This document shows, in pieces, positions 21,700 to 32,601 of a stretch of DNA of 63,844 nucleotides (positions are counted from its first letter, which is position 1; every line of letters begins with the position of its first letter). Location of the stretch: positions 1 through 63,844 of the forward strand of contig JBJEXC010000011.1 in the NCBI GenBank assembly GCA_051885355.1, in the 5' to 3' direction. A program made the translations under genes and the position numbers. The notes below the pieces were generated by a model. It was not told the DNA's origin. It saw only the letters and a list, made by a program, of their open reading frames with translations, and did not search any database. This DNA comes from Alphaproteobacteria bacterium (GTDB lineage: Bacteria > Pseudomonadota > Alphaproteobacteria > Rs-D84 > CACZYB01).

Positions 21700-22362
21700 T
21701 TATCTACCTGCATTTTTTAAATGCTCTTCACAAAGCCTATCCAACTCAGGTTGATTACGCTTACTATGTTGGAATGCTGATGTATTAAGCAAATCACAAA
21801 GTATATGCATTTCATCAAAAAGAAATTCTTCACATAGTTCAGGAGTCATCATATTATACAAAGCACCCAACTTATACGCTTCATTAGATTTATTCGCTTT
21901 CAAAACTTTAAGAGGTAAATCAAGCAACTTCTTTTTTTCCTTATCAGTTGCAAATTTTCCAGAATTTTCCTTTGATTTAAAATTTTCTGTATCATAGACA
22001 TAAGCCAAAATAGTTGCAATAAAGTAAGAATCATCAGCATCTTCTGATAAGATATTAATATAATCAAATACCTGTTTTTTAACAGCCCAACTTTTATTAG
22101 AAAAACGAAGCTTAATATATTCCTTAATCCTACGATTAAAAATATCTTCCTTTATTCTTTTAAACTTCAAACTATCCCAATTATCATCTGTTTGAAGAAA
22201 TCTACGAAGAAGAACCTCTCTTCTGTCTTTATAATCATCAAAAATATCCAATTGAATACCATTATCAAAATGTCTAAATATAAAATAAGGTTTATAAGGT
22301 CCTTCTAACTCATCAAGCCTATTATAAACATCCTTAAAAGATTTATAATTAATTTTCTTCAT
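21700..22362 (-). CDS. Hypothetical protein (220 aa) between lon and the tracrRNA/cas9 locus
   Basis: Long ORF with an AGGAGG Shine-Dalgarno 15 nt after the lon stop and its own terminator. No recognisable motif. Confidence 0.55.
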   Translation of the reverse strand: MKKINYKSFKDVYNRLDELEGPYKPYFIFRHFDNGIQLDIFDDYKDRREVLLRRFLQTDDNWDSLKFKRIKEDIFNRRIKEYIKLRFSNKSWAVKKQVFDYINILSEDADDSYFIATILAYVYDTENFKSKENSGKFATDKEKKKLLDLPLKVLKANKSNEAYKLGALYNMMTPELCEEFLFDEMHILCDLLNTSAFQHSKRNQPELDRLCEEHLKNAGR

Positions 22363-22377
22363 ATTATATCCTCCTAT

Positions 22378-24876
22378 TTATTGAACAACTACCGAAGAAG
22401 TTGGCGCATTCAAAATATTTTCAAAGAAATTGCCTTCCTCTTTTATCGGTGTAAAAGGTTTTACAAGAGCATACTTTAAAACTTCCTCTGCCGTCTTCAC
22501 AGGAATAATCTTAAGCCCATCTTTCACGACTTGAGGAATTTCCTCCAAATCCTTAACATTTTCCTCTGGTATAAGAACTGTCTTAATTCCACCACGAAGC
22601 GCAGCAAGAAGTTTTTCTTTTAACCCTCCAATAGGAAGCACCCTTCCCCTTAATGTAATTTCACCAGTCATAGCAACATCTTTTCTAACAGGTATCTCTG
22701 TCAATGTTGAAACAATAGAAGTCATCATACCAACCCCAGCGGAAGGACCATCCTTCGGTGTTGCCCCCTCTGGCACATGAATATGAATATCAATCTTATC
22801 CCAAATTTTTGGATTAATACCAAAGTGCAAAGATTTACTTCTAACATACGATTTCGCAGTTTCAATACTTTCCTTCATCACATCACCAAGTTTTCCTGTA
22901 AATACTGCTAAACCTTTACCCATCATCACAGCAGATTCAATTTGTAAAAGTTCACCACCTACCTCTGTCCAAGCAAGCCCAGTTACAACACCAACTGCAT
23001 CATCATTTTCTGATTTGCCAAAATCAAATCGCCTTACGCCCAAAAAGTCAGCCAAGTTTTTCACTGTAATCTTAACTTTCTCTTTCTTTGGTTTATCAAG
23101 TCTGTCCTTATCAAGTTTAAACAAATCAGACGAATTTTCATCAACATTATTGCAAAGTTTTCGCACAGATTTACGCATCAATTTATCAATCTGACGCTCC
23201 AATCCACGAACACCAGATTCGCGAGTATAATATCTGACTATATCACGAATTGCATCATCAGTAATTGAAAATTCTTCCTTAACAAGTCCATTTTTAACAA
23301 GGGTTTTAGGAACAATATGACGCTTTGCAATTTCAATTTTTTCATCCTCTGTATAACCGGAAAGTTCAATTATTTCCATTCTATCAAGAAGAGGTCTAGG
23401 TATATCATAACTATTCGCCGTCGCAATAAACATTACATTTGATAAATCATAATCCACATCAAGATAATGATCATTGAAAGCATTATTTTGCTCTGGATCA
23501 AGAACCTCTAACATCGCACTAGCAGGATCACCATGATGATCATTTCCCATTTTATCAATTTCATCAAGCATTACAAGAGGATTATTCACACCCGCTTTTT
23601 TCATAGTCGATAAAATTTTTCCACATTGAGAACCGATATAAGTCCTTCTATGTCCGCGAATTTCCGCCTCATCATGAACACCACCCAAAGACAATTTTTC
23701 AAAAACTCTACCTGTCGCATGGGCAACCGATTTTCCAAGCGAAGTTTTACCAACCCCAGGAGGTCCCATAAAGCAAAGTATAGTTCCCTTCGCACAACCA
23801 ATCCTTTTTTGCACACTTAAAAATTCCAAAATACGCTCCTTTACTTTTTCAAGGGCATAATGTTCATCATTTAAGATTTTTTCCGCCAAATCAATATCAG
23901 TTTGAAGTTCTGATTTTTTAGACCATGGAAGTTCAAGCATACAATCAAGATAATTTCTGATAACCGTTGCCTCCGGTGATTGAGAACTCATCTTTCTCAA
24001 TTTTTTAAGTTCATTTTTCGCCTTCAAAAATGCTTCTTTTGAAAGTCCAGCCTTATCAATTTTTTCTTCCAAAGAATGATAATCTTCATCATCTTCACCA
24101 AGTTCTTTTTGAATAGCACGAATTTGCTCATTAAGATAAAATTCTTTCTGATTTTTATCAATTGATTGCCTTACACGATTTTGTATACGCCTATTCATTT
24201 TTATAAATTCAAGTTCCGTTTCCAAAAGAAGATATAACTTTTCCAATTTTTCCTTAACACTATTTAATTCAAGTATTTCTTGCTTCTTATCAACATTTGT
24301 ATTTATACTCATAATAACAGTAGTAATAAGTAAATTTGGATCCTCTATCTTTGAAAAATCACTAACCTCTTCTACCAAAATTTCTTTGTTAAACTTTATA
24401 TACCTAGAAAATGAATTTATTATAGATTTTACTAAAATCTTTATATCATTATCATTTTTATCATACTCTTTATTTTCATTTATAATATCAACAGTAGTTG
24501 TTAAATAAGGCTTTGATATATTCAAAGACTTTATTTTCACCTTTTGATTTGCCTCTATTAATAATTTTATAGTATTATCCTGCAATTTTAACATTTGGAC
24601 AATATTTGCCTCTACCCCAACTTCAAATAAATCAGATTGAGAAGGATTATTTATACTTCCATCGCGTTGAGAAACGACAACTATTTTTTTATCACGCTTC
24701 ATTGCCTCTTCTACTGTTGCAATAGACTTTCCTCTACCTATAAATATTGGGACAAGAGTAAAAGGAAATACAACTATATCACGAAGAGGAAGCAAGCAAA
24801 CATCCTCACTGCAATTTTTAATATCTATCTCTTCATTGTTAGATAATTTGTCATTCAATTTTTCTTTTCCAAACAT
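22378..24876 (-). CDS. lon: ATP-dependent Lon protease
   Basis: LON N-domain, Walker A GPPGVGKTS, Walker B MLDEIDK and protease Ser motif PKDGPSAG. Start at MFGKEK. Confidence 0.95.
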   Translation of the reverse strand: MFGKEKLNDKLSNNEEIDIKNCSEDVCLLPLRDIVVFPFTLVPIFIGRGKSIATVEEAMKRDKKIVVVSQRDGSINNPSQSDLFEVGVEANIVQMLKLQDNTIKLLIEANQKVKIKSLNISKPYLTTTVDIINENKEYDKNDNDIKILVKSIINSFSRYIKFNKEILVEEVSDFSKIEDPNLLITTVIMSINTNVDKKQEILELNSVKEKLEKLYLLLETELEFIKMNRRIQNRVRQSIDKNQKEFYLNEQIRAIQKELGEDDEDYHSLEEKIDKAGLSKEAFLKAKNELKKLRKMSSQSPEATVIRNYLDCMLELPWSKKSELQTDIDLAEKILNDEHYALEKVKERILEFLSVQKRIGCAKGTILCFMGPPGVGKTSLGKSVAHATGRVFEKLSLGGVHDEAEIRGHRRTYIGSQCGKILSTMKKAGVNNPLVMLDEIDKMGNDHHGDPASAMLEVLDPEQNNAFNDHYLDVDYDLSNVMFIATANSYDIPRPLLDRMEIIELSGYTEDEKIEIAKRHIVPKTLVKNGLVKEEFSITDDAIRDIVRYYTRESGVRGLERQIDKLMRKSVRKLCNNVDENSSDLFKLDKDRLDKPKKEKVKITVKNLADFLGVRRFDFGKSENDDAVGVVTGLAWTEVGGELLQIESAVMMGKGLAVFTGKLGDVMKESIETAKSYVRSKSLHFGINPKIWDKIDIHIHVPEGATPKDGPSAGVGMMTSIVSTLTEIPVRKDVAMTGEITLRGRVLPIGGLKEKLLAALRGGIKTVLIPEENVKDLEEIPQVVKDGLKIIPVKTAEEVLKYALVKPFTPIKEEGNFFENILNAPTSSVVVQ

Positions 24877-24983
24877 AATATTTCCTTTTTTATTAAATAT
24901 ATTAAAAACTAGCAAAAATTTTAATACTAGTCAAGCATAACAGTATATATAAGGATTAAATTCAAAAACTTCAAGGGCTTAAC

Positions 24984-27098
24984 CTATTTTGCAATAAGCA
25001 GGATAAAAGTCCTTGGATTTATAGTAATAGTATTTTTTATAAGTGCATTTTCCTTGTAAAGTTCCGATGTATCAAACACAACTCGCCATTCTTTATACGG
25101 AGGTTGTGTAGGAGGTATAATAGATTTTAACTTCTTTGTATCCGCATTCATAATAACAAAGAAATTATTATCAGGAGTTGCCTGACCATTTTTATCAAGA
25201 TGGAATTTGTCACCTGCCTCCCCAGATATTTTGAAAATCAAGGTTTTATTCATAGGATTATGCCAATCTTCTGTTGTCATTTCAATACCTGCAGGTGTAA
25301 GCCATGTAATATCCTTATTGCGTGTTCCAGGGATTCTTTGCCCCTTAAAAAACTTAGATCTGCGAAAAACAATATGACTTTTTCGTATTGCAATAACCTT
25401 TTTCACAAAATCATAAAGTTCTTTATTCTTATTCAAAAATTTCCAATTATACCAACTGATTTTGTTATCTTGACAATAGGCATTATTATTTCCATTTTGC
25501 GTCCTTTTCATTTCATCACCGCCAAGCATCATAGGAAGCCCCTGCGATAACATAAGAGTCGCAAAAAAGTTTTTCATCTGCCTTGTTCTTATAGTGTTAA
25601 TCTTAGCATTCTTTGTTGGACCTTCTTCCCCATAATTGTAACTTTCATTATCATTATTACCATCACGATTATCCTCACCATTTGCCTCATTATGCTTGTA
25701 ATCATAAGAAACCAAATCATTCATAGTAAATCCATCATGCGCAGTCACAAAATTAACTGTGGACCATGGACGGCGTCCATATTTATCAAACAGTTCTGAA
25801 GAACCTGTAAATCTTGTTGCCATATCACCAATTTGTCCATCATCACCACGCCAAAAACGACGCACAGTATCACGATAGCGACCATTCCACTCACTCCACC
25901 CTGGAGGAAAATTACCAACCTGATATCCACCCATTCCAACATCCCAAGGTTCAGCAATCCTTTTAACCTTTTGCAAAACAGGATCTTGAGACATAGCATC
26001 ATAAAAATCAGATTCGCTACTAAAACCATAATCAGTTCTACCCAAGGATACAGCCAAATCAAACCTAAATCCATCAACTTTCATATCAACAGCCCAATAA
26101 CGAAGAGAATCCATAGTCATTTGCACAACCCTAGAATTATCAAAGTTAAGAGTATTACCACAACCAGTCGTATCATCGTAATACCTTGGATTATCCTTCA
26201 CCAACCTATAATAATAGGCATTATCAATCCCCTTAAATGAAAACATAGGGCCAAGATGATTTCCCTCTGGCGTATGATTATATACAACATCCATTATAAT
26301 TTCCAATCCAGCAGAATGATACTTATCAACCATTTCCTTAAACTCATTTATATCCTTTGAATAAAGATATGCAGGTTCAGGAGAAAAGAAATTCACCGTA
26401 TTATATCCCCAATAATTATAAAGATTTTTTCGCTCAGGAATAGAACCTAAAAAGAAACATTGCGCTGGCATTAATTCTATCGCCGTTATCCCCAAGTCCT
26501 TAAAATAATTTATAGAGTTTTTATGTGCCAAAGCCTCAAATGTTCCGCGTATTTTTTCCGGTATTTTAGGATTTTGCTCAGAAAATCCCTTCACATGCAC
26601 TTCGTAAAGAATAGAATTACTACGACGCGTTCCTACAACACTTTCATTTTGCCACTTGTAATTATTATCCACAACAACACACTTTGGCATATACTTTGCA
26701 CTATCTCGCTCATCAAAAGATAAGTCCTTATCTGGACTGTTTAATTTATATGGGAAAAGAGCACTTGACCAAACAATTTTTCCAAATGTCGCCTTTGCAT
26801 ACGGATCAATCAAAAGTTTATTGCCATTAAACCTGTGCCCCTCATTCGGAGAATACTTTCCATAAACTCTATATCCATAAAGTTGCCCAGGTTTGACCTC
26901 CGGAAGATAACAATGCCAAACTTCATCAGTGTATTCTTGAAGTTCAACCCTAGCAATTTCAGTTTTTCCCTTTGCATCAAAAAAACATAACTCAACTTTT
27001 TCAGCATTTCTAGAAAATATTGCGAAATTTGTTCCCTTGCCATCATAATTCGCGCCAAGAGGATATGGTCTACCTGGAAGCATTCTTAATTTTGTCAT
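24984..27098 (-). CDS. glgX: Glycogen debranching enzyme GlgX (GH13)
   Basis: N-terminal CBM48-like region (GANYDGKGTNFAIFS) and GH13 regions DVVYNHT, GFRFDLA, EPWD, VTAHDGFT. Confidence 0.9.
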   Translation of the reverse strand: MTKLRMLPGRPYPLGANYDGKGTNFAIFSRNAEKVELCFFDAKGKTEIARVELQEYTDEVWHCYLPEVKPGQLYGYRVYGKYSPNEGHRFNGNKLLIDPYAKATFGKIVWSSALFPYKLNSPDKDLSFDERDSAKYMPKCVVVDNNYKWQNESVVGTRRSNSILYEVHVKGFSEQNPKIPEKIRGTFEALAHKNSINYFKDLGITAIELMPAQCFFLGSIPERKNLYNYWGYNTVNFFSPEPAYLYSKDINEFKEMVDKYHSAGLEIIMDVVYNHTPEGNHLGPMFSFKGIDNAYYYRLVKDNPRYYDDTTGCGNTLNFDNSRVVQMTMDSLRYWAVDMKVDGFRFDLAVSLGRTDYGFSSESDFYDAMSQDPVLQKVKRIAEPWDVGMGGYQVGNFPPGWSEWNGRYRDTVRRFWRGDDGQIGDMATRFTGSSELFDKYGRRPWSTVNFVTAHDGFTMNDLVSYDYKHNEANGEDNRDGNNDNESYNYGEEGPTKNAKINTIRTRQMKNFFATLMLSQGLPMMLGGDEMKRTQNGNNNAYCQDNKISWYNWKFLNKNKELYDFVKKVIAIRKSHIVFRRSKFFKGQRIPGTRNKDITWLTPAGIEMTTEDWHNPMNKTLIFKISGEAGDKFHLDKNGQATPDNNFFVIMNADTKKLKSIIPPTQPPYKEWRVVFDTSELYKENALIKNTITINPRTFILLIAK

Positions 27099-27181
27099 AG
27101 AATCTCCTTATTATTATTTTATAATAATACCAGATTTTTAAAACTTAGTAAATAGGATTTTAAATAAAAATTTTAATGAAA

Positions 27182-27267
27182 TGGTGGGAAGAACAGGATT
27201 CGAACCTATGTAGCCCGAAGGCGACAGATTTACAGTCTGTTGCTTTTGACCGCTCAGCCATCTTCCC
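27182..27267 (-). tRNA. tRNA-Tyr (anticodon GUA), long variable arm, CCA encoded
   Basis: Reverse complement GGGAAGATGGCTGAGCGGTC...GACTGTAAATC...GGTTCGAATCCTGTTCTTCCCACCA folds as a class II tRNA. Confidence 0.9.
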
Positions 27268-27315
27268 AACAATGGATAACATAATACCGATTTTTGGTAT
27301 AAAGTCAAGCATATT

Positions 27316-27657
27316 TTATTTAATTTTAAAAGAACTGACTAAGGAATTCATCTCAGTCGGTGTCATATCACGAGCAACCGCATCAATATCATCATACTTC
27401 TTTTTATCAATTTCTTCCCAACCAGTCAAAGTATTATAAAGTTTATATGCCTCCGGCAAATGCTTATTCTTTTGAAGTTGTTCCACAAGCGATTTAGGAT
27501 ATGTTATTCCAAGATAAGCAGGCAATCCATAAATTCCACCAAACACACAAACAGCACCCGTAACCCAAGGAAGTCCACGAACCGCCAATTTTGTAGCCGC
27601 AACTATCTTATCATGATTATTCGCAGCAAATCCCAAAAAACTTTCAAATAAACTCAT
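27316..27657 (-). CDS. Hypothetical small membrane protein
   Basis: 113-aa ORF with one hydrophobic segment (WVTGAVCVFGGIYGLPAYLGI). Confidence 0.45.
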   Translation of the reverse strand: MSLFESFLGFAANNHDKIVAATKLAVRGLPWVTGAVCVFGGIYGLPAYLGITYPKSLVEQLQKNKHLPEAYKLYNTLTGWEEIDKKKYDDIDAVARDMTPTEMNSLVSSFKIK

Positions 27658-27800
27658 AATATCCCCTTACTTTTTCTTTAAATTTTAACACAAAATATTT
27701 TTTTTGTAAATAAATAATTTTTTTTCACTAAAAAATGAAATTTTTGTTTTAAATAAAATTTTATAATGCTATAAAGAAAAGAAAAACACATAATAAAAAA

Positions 27801-28361
27801 ATGATTGATACTAATAATTTAAAATTAAAAATAAATAAACCAATAGTAATAGTCGGACTTATGGGCGCCGGAAAAACATCTGTTGGAAAATTACTTTCAA
27901 AAAAACTATGCTTTCCATTTATCGATTCTGACAGCGAAATTGTAAAGGCTGCAGGATGTTCCGTCGTGGATATTTTTTCCATCTATGGGGAAAAGGAATT
28001 TCGTCGTGTAGAAGATAAGGTTATAAACAGACTTTTATCAGACAATCAAATAAAGGTCCTATCAACTGGCGAAGGCGCATTTATAATAGACAATGTCCGA
28101 AAATTAACAAAGGAAAAGGCTATCACAATATGGCTTAAAGCCGACCTCCCTTTACTTGTAAAAAGGACAAGTTTCAAGGACACCCGCCCACTCCTTCTTA
28201 ATTACGATTCCAGTAAGATTTTACAAAAACTTATTGATGAAAGATACCCTATTTATGCAAAGGCTGATATTACTGTGGAAACAAGGGACGAACCAACATT
28301 TAAAACTGCCTCTAATGTAATGAAAGCGCTTTACAATTATTTGGAAAAGGAACAAAAATAA
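27801..28361 (+). CDS. aroK: Shikimate kinase
   Basis: P-loop GLMGAGKTSVGK, the DSD motif, and 186 aa. Confidence 0.85.
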   Translation: MIDTNNLKLKINKPIVIVGLMGAGKTSVGKLLSKKLCFPFIDSDSEIVKAAGCSVVDIFSIYGEKEFRRVEDKVINRLLSDNQIKVLSTGEGAFIIDNVRKLTKEKAITIWLKADLPLLVKRTSFKDTRPLLLNYDSSKILQKLIDERYPIYAKADITVETRDEPTFKTASNVMKALYNYLEKEQK

Positions 28362-28362
28362 A

Positions 28363-28878
28363 ATGCAAAAATTTTTAAACCTAATTGTTTGTATATCACT
28401 TTGTGCATGCGGTTTTAAACCACTTTACAAAAAAACTTCATACAATGATTTATCTGAACAAACAAGTGAAATTGCTATAGCACCAGTAAAAAATTTTGAT
28501 GGAGCAAGAGGAATTGATTTAAGAAATACCCTCTTAAATAAACTGACCCCAGACGGCAAACCAGAAAATCCAAAATACTACCTAAACATTACACTTTCAC
28601 AACCAATAATCACTGATTACACAATTAAAAACGACGGTATTGCATCTTCTTACTTAATTACAATGAATGCAACTTACACACTTACAAACGCAAAAAATCA
28701 TAATGTAATTCTTACAAAAACTGCTAACTCCGAAATTTCATATAATATTTTAAAAGACCAATTTTCAACAGAAATGTTAAAAAATAATGCTATAAAGTTA
28801 GCAATAAACGACATCGCAGAAAAAATTTATTTTTCAATAATAATTTATTTTACAGAAAAAGCAAATGGCAAAATTTAA
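28363..28878 (+). CDS. lptE: LPS-assembly lipoprotein LptE-like
   Basis: Lipoprotein signal (…ISLCAC), about 170 aa, immediately upstream of and overlapping holA, which is the typical proteobacterial lptE-holA pairing. Confidence 0.5.
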   Translation: MQKFLNLIVCISLCACGFKPLYKKTSYNDLSEQTSEIAIAPVKNFDGARGIDLRNTLLNKLTPDGKPENPKYYLNITLSQPIITDYTIKNDGIASSYLITMNATYTLTNAKNHNVILTKTANSEISYNILKDQFSTEMLKNNAIKLAINDIAEKIYFSIIIYFTEKANGKI

Positions 28879-29899
28879 ACAAAACGATTTCAATAATGCA
28901 CTAAGAAATAAATTCTCCAACCTATCTGGTATCCTTTTTTATGGACCAGATAGAGGACAAGTCCTTGAAAATTTCAACACAGCCTCCGATGTAATCGCAC
29001 CTGACAGCGACGACGGATTTTCAGTTTTTGAATTCAAAGCAGAAGAAATAAAAGACGACCCATCAAAACTTGTTGACGAAGCAACAACTATTTCCTTCCT
29101 TTCATCACGAAAGGTTATAAAAATAAAGGACGCCACAAACGACACTGCTGACACATTAAAAGATTTACTAAAATCAACTGATAAACTAGAAGCCTTTATC
29201 ATTATGTCTGCAGACGAACTTCCCCCATCATCAAAACTTCGAATTCTATTTGAAACAAATCCTAAACTCGCTGCTCTTCCAAGTTATACTGATGATGGTG
29301 AAAACCTTTCAACCCTTATCAGACAAACTTTGGTAAAAAACGGCATCAAAAAAATCCCAGACGAAGTTCTACTATACCTTCGTGAAAATTTTGGTGAAAA
29401 CAGAGCCACCACAAAAATGGAACTGGAAAAACTTTGCCTATATCTATATGGAAAAGATTCTATTACTCTGGACGATGCAATAAATTGCATTATGGACTCC
29501 TCCGTCCTTAATATGTCAGACCTTCCTATGTCAGTTGCAGAGGGCAACAATAAAAAACTTGCCTCCGTCTTAAACCGCCTTTTAAACGAAGGAATTTACC
29601 CAATCCAACTTTTACGAACAGTTTTATACCACTTTAAAAACCTTTATTTTATGGCAGGTGAAGTTGAAAAAGGACAAACCATTTCAACCGTAATTGAAAA
29701 TTCCAAACCTCCAATATTTTTCAAACTTAAACCAAGTTATGAAAGACAATTAAAATTCTGGAACACAGATAAAATTATAAAAATTATTTCTAAATTGAAT
29801 GAGGCAGAAATTATGTGCAAAACAACAAATTCTCCCGCAGAAATAATTCTTTCACAAATACTTTTCAACATTTGCGCCTTTGCAAACAAAAAAATATAA
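28865..29899 (+). CDS. holA: DNA polymerase III delta subunit
   Basis: Size, N-terminal ILFYGPDRG clamp-loader-like motif, and synteny with lptE. Confidence 0.7.
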   Translation: MAKFKQNDFNNALRNKFSNLSGILFYGPDRGQVLENFNTASDVIAPDSDDGFSVFEFKAEEIKDDPSKLVDEATTISFLSSRKVIKIKDATNDTADTLKDLLKSTDKLEAFIIMSADELPPSSKLRILFETNPKLAALPSYTDDGENLSTLIRQTLVKNGIKKIPDEVLLYLRENFGENRATTKMELEKLCLYLYGKDSITLDDAINCIMDSSVLNMSDLPMSVAEGNNKKLASVLNRLLNEGIYPIQLLRTVLYHFKNLYFMAGEVEKGQTISTVIENSKPPIFFKLKPSYERQLKFWNTDKIIKIISKLNEAEIMCKTTNSPAEIILSQILFNICAFANKKI

Positions 29900-29958
29900 T
29901 TTTATTGAAAATATTCTTAAAGTAGTTAATATAGAAAAAAATTAAGGGAGAGAACATT

Positions 29959-32601
29959 ATGAAATTTACAAGAAAAAAAATTATCAATTCTTTAATAATC
30001 ATTATAATATTATCTATAATTATATCACTATTTTTTATTAATAAAAAAACAAATCAGAATTCTAACTATAAATGGTATGATAAAATGGTAATATATCATA
30101 TCCTTCCAAAAGCATTCAATGATACAAATAGTGATGGCATTGGAGATTTTAACGGTATCACAGAAAAACTTGATTATATAAAGGATTTAGGTGCAAATAC
30201 TATATACATAATGCCAATCCAAGACTCCCTTTCCGACCCAGAAAGACTTCGCTCCAACTATGGTTATGAAGTAAAGGATTTGAAATCCATTAACCCAGAT
30301 TTAGGAACAATGGATGATTTTAAAAAACTTTTAAAAGAAGCACATAAACGAGATATTCATATAGTAATAGATTTCGTAACTACAGTAATTTCTGTTGAAA
30401 ACTTTATATTCAAAGATATACTTGCAAATCCAGATACAAGCCCATACAAAGATTGGATTATCACAAACCCAACCCCTATAGAAGGTCCATGGATGAACTT
30501 TAATGATTACCCAGGACAATTTACTTCATCAGCATGGAACAAACTACCTAATGGAATATATTACTATTCTTTATGGGGACAATCTCCTTTCTTACAATTT
30601 TATAACCCAGATGTTCAAGAATATATCCTAAGTGTTATGGATTTTTGGTTAGACATTGGCGTTGACGGCTTTCGTATTGATGCAACAAAACATTTATTCA
30701 TAAATGGTCCAGGCGAAGAATTACAATTCCACCAACCACAAAATTTTGAATTTTGGAGAAAAATGAAAGCCCATATGATGGAAAAATATGGACCAGAAAG
30801 AACTCTTATAGCAGAAACAATCCCTATACCTACAAACATACCATACAAGGAGGATAACAGACAAACTTTTGATACTATGTTGGGAAACACTATGACTGAC
30901 GAATTTTGGCCATATCAAAAAGTTTCATTGAAAGATTACTTAACAAGCGACTTTATAGCCTCTACTTTCATAAATCCTATAAAATATCAAATAAATAAAC
31001 TACAGGACAGAATTTTTTATAATAGCGATCACGATGGGGCAAGAATTTCATCACGCTTCATAAATCCAACCCCAGCGGAAATCAAACTTATTGCCTCTAT
31101 ACTTTTACTTACTCCAGTTCACGCAAAAATATATTTTGGTGATGAAATAGGTCTAGCCGGTATTTTAAATGAAAATCGCCCAGATTTTTGGTTACATTCT
31201 CCTTCACATACTATGGCTTGGAACAACAAGAAAAACGGAGGCTTCTCCTCTGCCGATAAAACATTAATGCCAATATCCGAAGACTATAAATTGCATAATG
31301 TCGCCTCTCAAAGAAAAGATAAAAATTCTATCCTTTCATATTATAAAAAACTTATACAACTTAAAAATAACTATGCTCCATTATTTTTCAAGGGTGAAAT
31401 GGCTCAAATTCCATTCTATGATAATAAAATTTACACTTACTTATTAAATAATGAAAACGAATATGCAATAGTTGTATCTAATCTTTCTGACGAATACAAA
31501 TACTTCAAATTAAATCTAAAAAAATACATAGAAAATAATGAAGTAAAACAAATATTTGCAAGTGATGAAAATATAGATGTAAAAATAGAAAACGGAATTT
31601 TAAACTTTGAAAAACTTCCATCTTTTTCAACCATTGTATTTTACTTTAAAGATAACAATCATTCAAAATTTACAGAACTATTTAATCAACTTCCTGACTT
31701 TGAACACAACACAGTTTTCTATGATTATTGCGATAACTTTGATGATGAAAAAATACATATTTCTGATATTAATAAGGTAATAAATATTCATAACAATAAT
31801 TCATTAATTTATATTCCAAAAAATCAAGGTGAAGTAACTTTAAATGGATATACTATCATAAATAATAATCCAGAAGTTGATACTCCTGAAAATGTAACTT
31901 ATCATTTATCATACAAAGATAAAATAAATACAAATAAATTAAAAGAAGATTTAATTTTACCAATACAAAGTAACATAACACACTTACATTTAAAACAATC
32001 AAATGTAAAATTCAAATTGTTAACTGTAAAATCTTTACCTGAATATATACAAAAGAAGATAACTTCAACTACAAAATCATCATCTAATAAACAACTAAAA
32101 GAATTAGGTGTAGGACAAGATGAAAACTTCATTTATATAAAAATTAAAAATAAAGATTATATTATGGATAAAAATGCAGGATTAGATTTTTCAATTCTTA
32201 TAAACAATAACGAATATGCAAACGGAATAAACGAACTTTCAATCTGGAAACTTCCAACAATAAATTCAGAAAAGCCAATAACCGCAATGATTAATTATGA
32301 AAGACATGTTAATTCTTTCTATTTAGTCAACAATATCACACCAGAAAGACCTTTGGGAATGGATAACTCTTTATCATTAATAAAATTTATTAATTATAAC
32401 AAAAATTATGATGATATGTATATAGTAGTCCCAAAATCATTAATCCCTGGCAAAAACTATAACATCGCCACTATAGTTTGGTCTGCTGGCGGGAAATGGG
32501 GAGATTTTCCACCAGAAGGCAAATTTCCTATTGTTGAAAGATTACCAATAGATAAAAAAGGAACCCTAAACACCATAACAAACTATATGAAAGTCGAATA
32601 A
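29959..32601 (+). CDS. Membrane-anchored GH13 alpha-amylase-family enzyme with about 400-aa C-terminal extension
   Basis: N-terminal TM anchor and GH13 regions GFRIDATKH, LIAET, NSDHD. Region I reads DFVTTV instead of DxVxNH. Confidence 0.8.
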   Translation: MKFTRKKIINSLIIIIILSIIISLFFINKKTNQNSNYKWYDKMVIYHILPKAFNDTNSDGIGDFNGITEKLDYIKDLGANTIYIMPIQDSLSDPERLRSNYGYEVKDLKSINPDLGTMDDFKKLLKEAHKRDIHIVIDFVTTVISVENFIFKDILANPDTSPYKDWIITNPTPIEGPWMNFNDYPGQFTSSAWNKLPNGIYYYSLWGQSPFLQFYNPDVQEYILSVMDFWLDIGVDGFRIDATKHLFINGPGEELQFHQPQNFEFWRKMKAHMMEKYGPERTLIAETIPIPTNIPYKEDNRQTFDTMLGNTMTDEFWPYQKVSLKDYLTSDFIASTFINPIKYQINKLQDRIFYNSDHDGARISSRFINPTPAEIKLIASILLLTPVHAKIYFGDEIGLAGILNENRPDFWLHSPSHTMAWNNKKNGGFSSADKTLMPISEDYKLHNVASQRKDKNSILSYYKKLIQLKNNYAPLFFKGEMAQIPFYDNKIYTYLLNNENEYAIVVSNLSDEYKYFKLNLKKYIENNEVKQIFASDENIDVKIENGILNFEKLPSFSTIVFYFKDNNHSKFTELFNQLPDFEHNTVFYDYCDNFDDEKIHISDINKVINIHNNNSLIYIPKNQGEVTLNGYTIINNNPEVDTPENVTYHLSYKDKINTNKLKEDLILPIQSNITHLHLKQSNVKFKLLTVKSLPEYIQKKITSTTKSSSNKQLKELGVGQDENFIYIKIKNKDYIMDKNAGLDFSILINNNEYANGINELSIWKLPTINSEKPITAMINYERHVNSFYLVNNITPERPLGMDNSLSLIKFINYNKNYDDMYIVVPKSLIPGKNYNIATIVWSAGGKWGDFPPEGKFPIVERLPIDKKGTLNTITNYMKVE

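Noticed and set aside
18629-27058. Plus-strand or alternative-frame ORFs inside cas9, lon and glgX (for example 19617-19991, 23601-23816, 25200-25550, 25745-26077, 25833-26240)
   Set aside because: They are embedded in strongly supported genes and have no independent signals.
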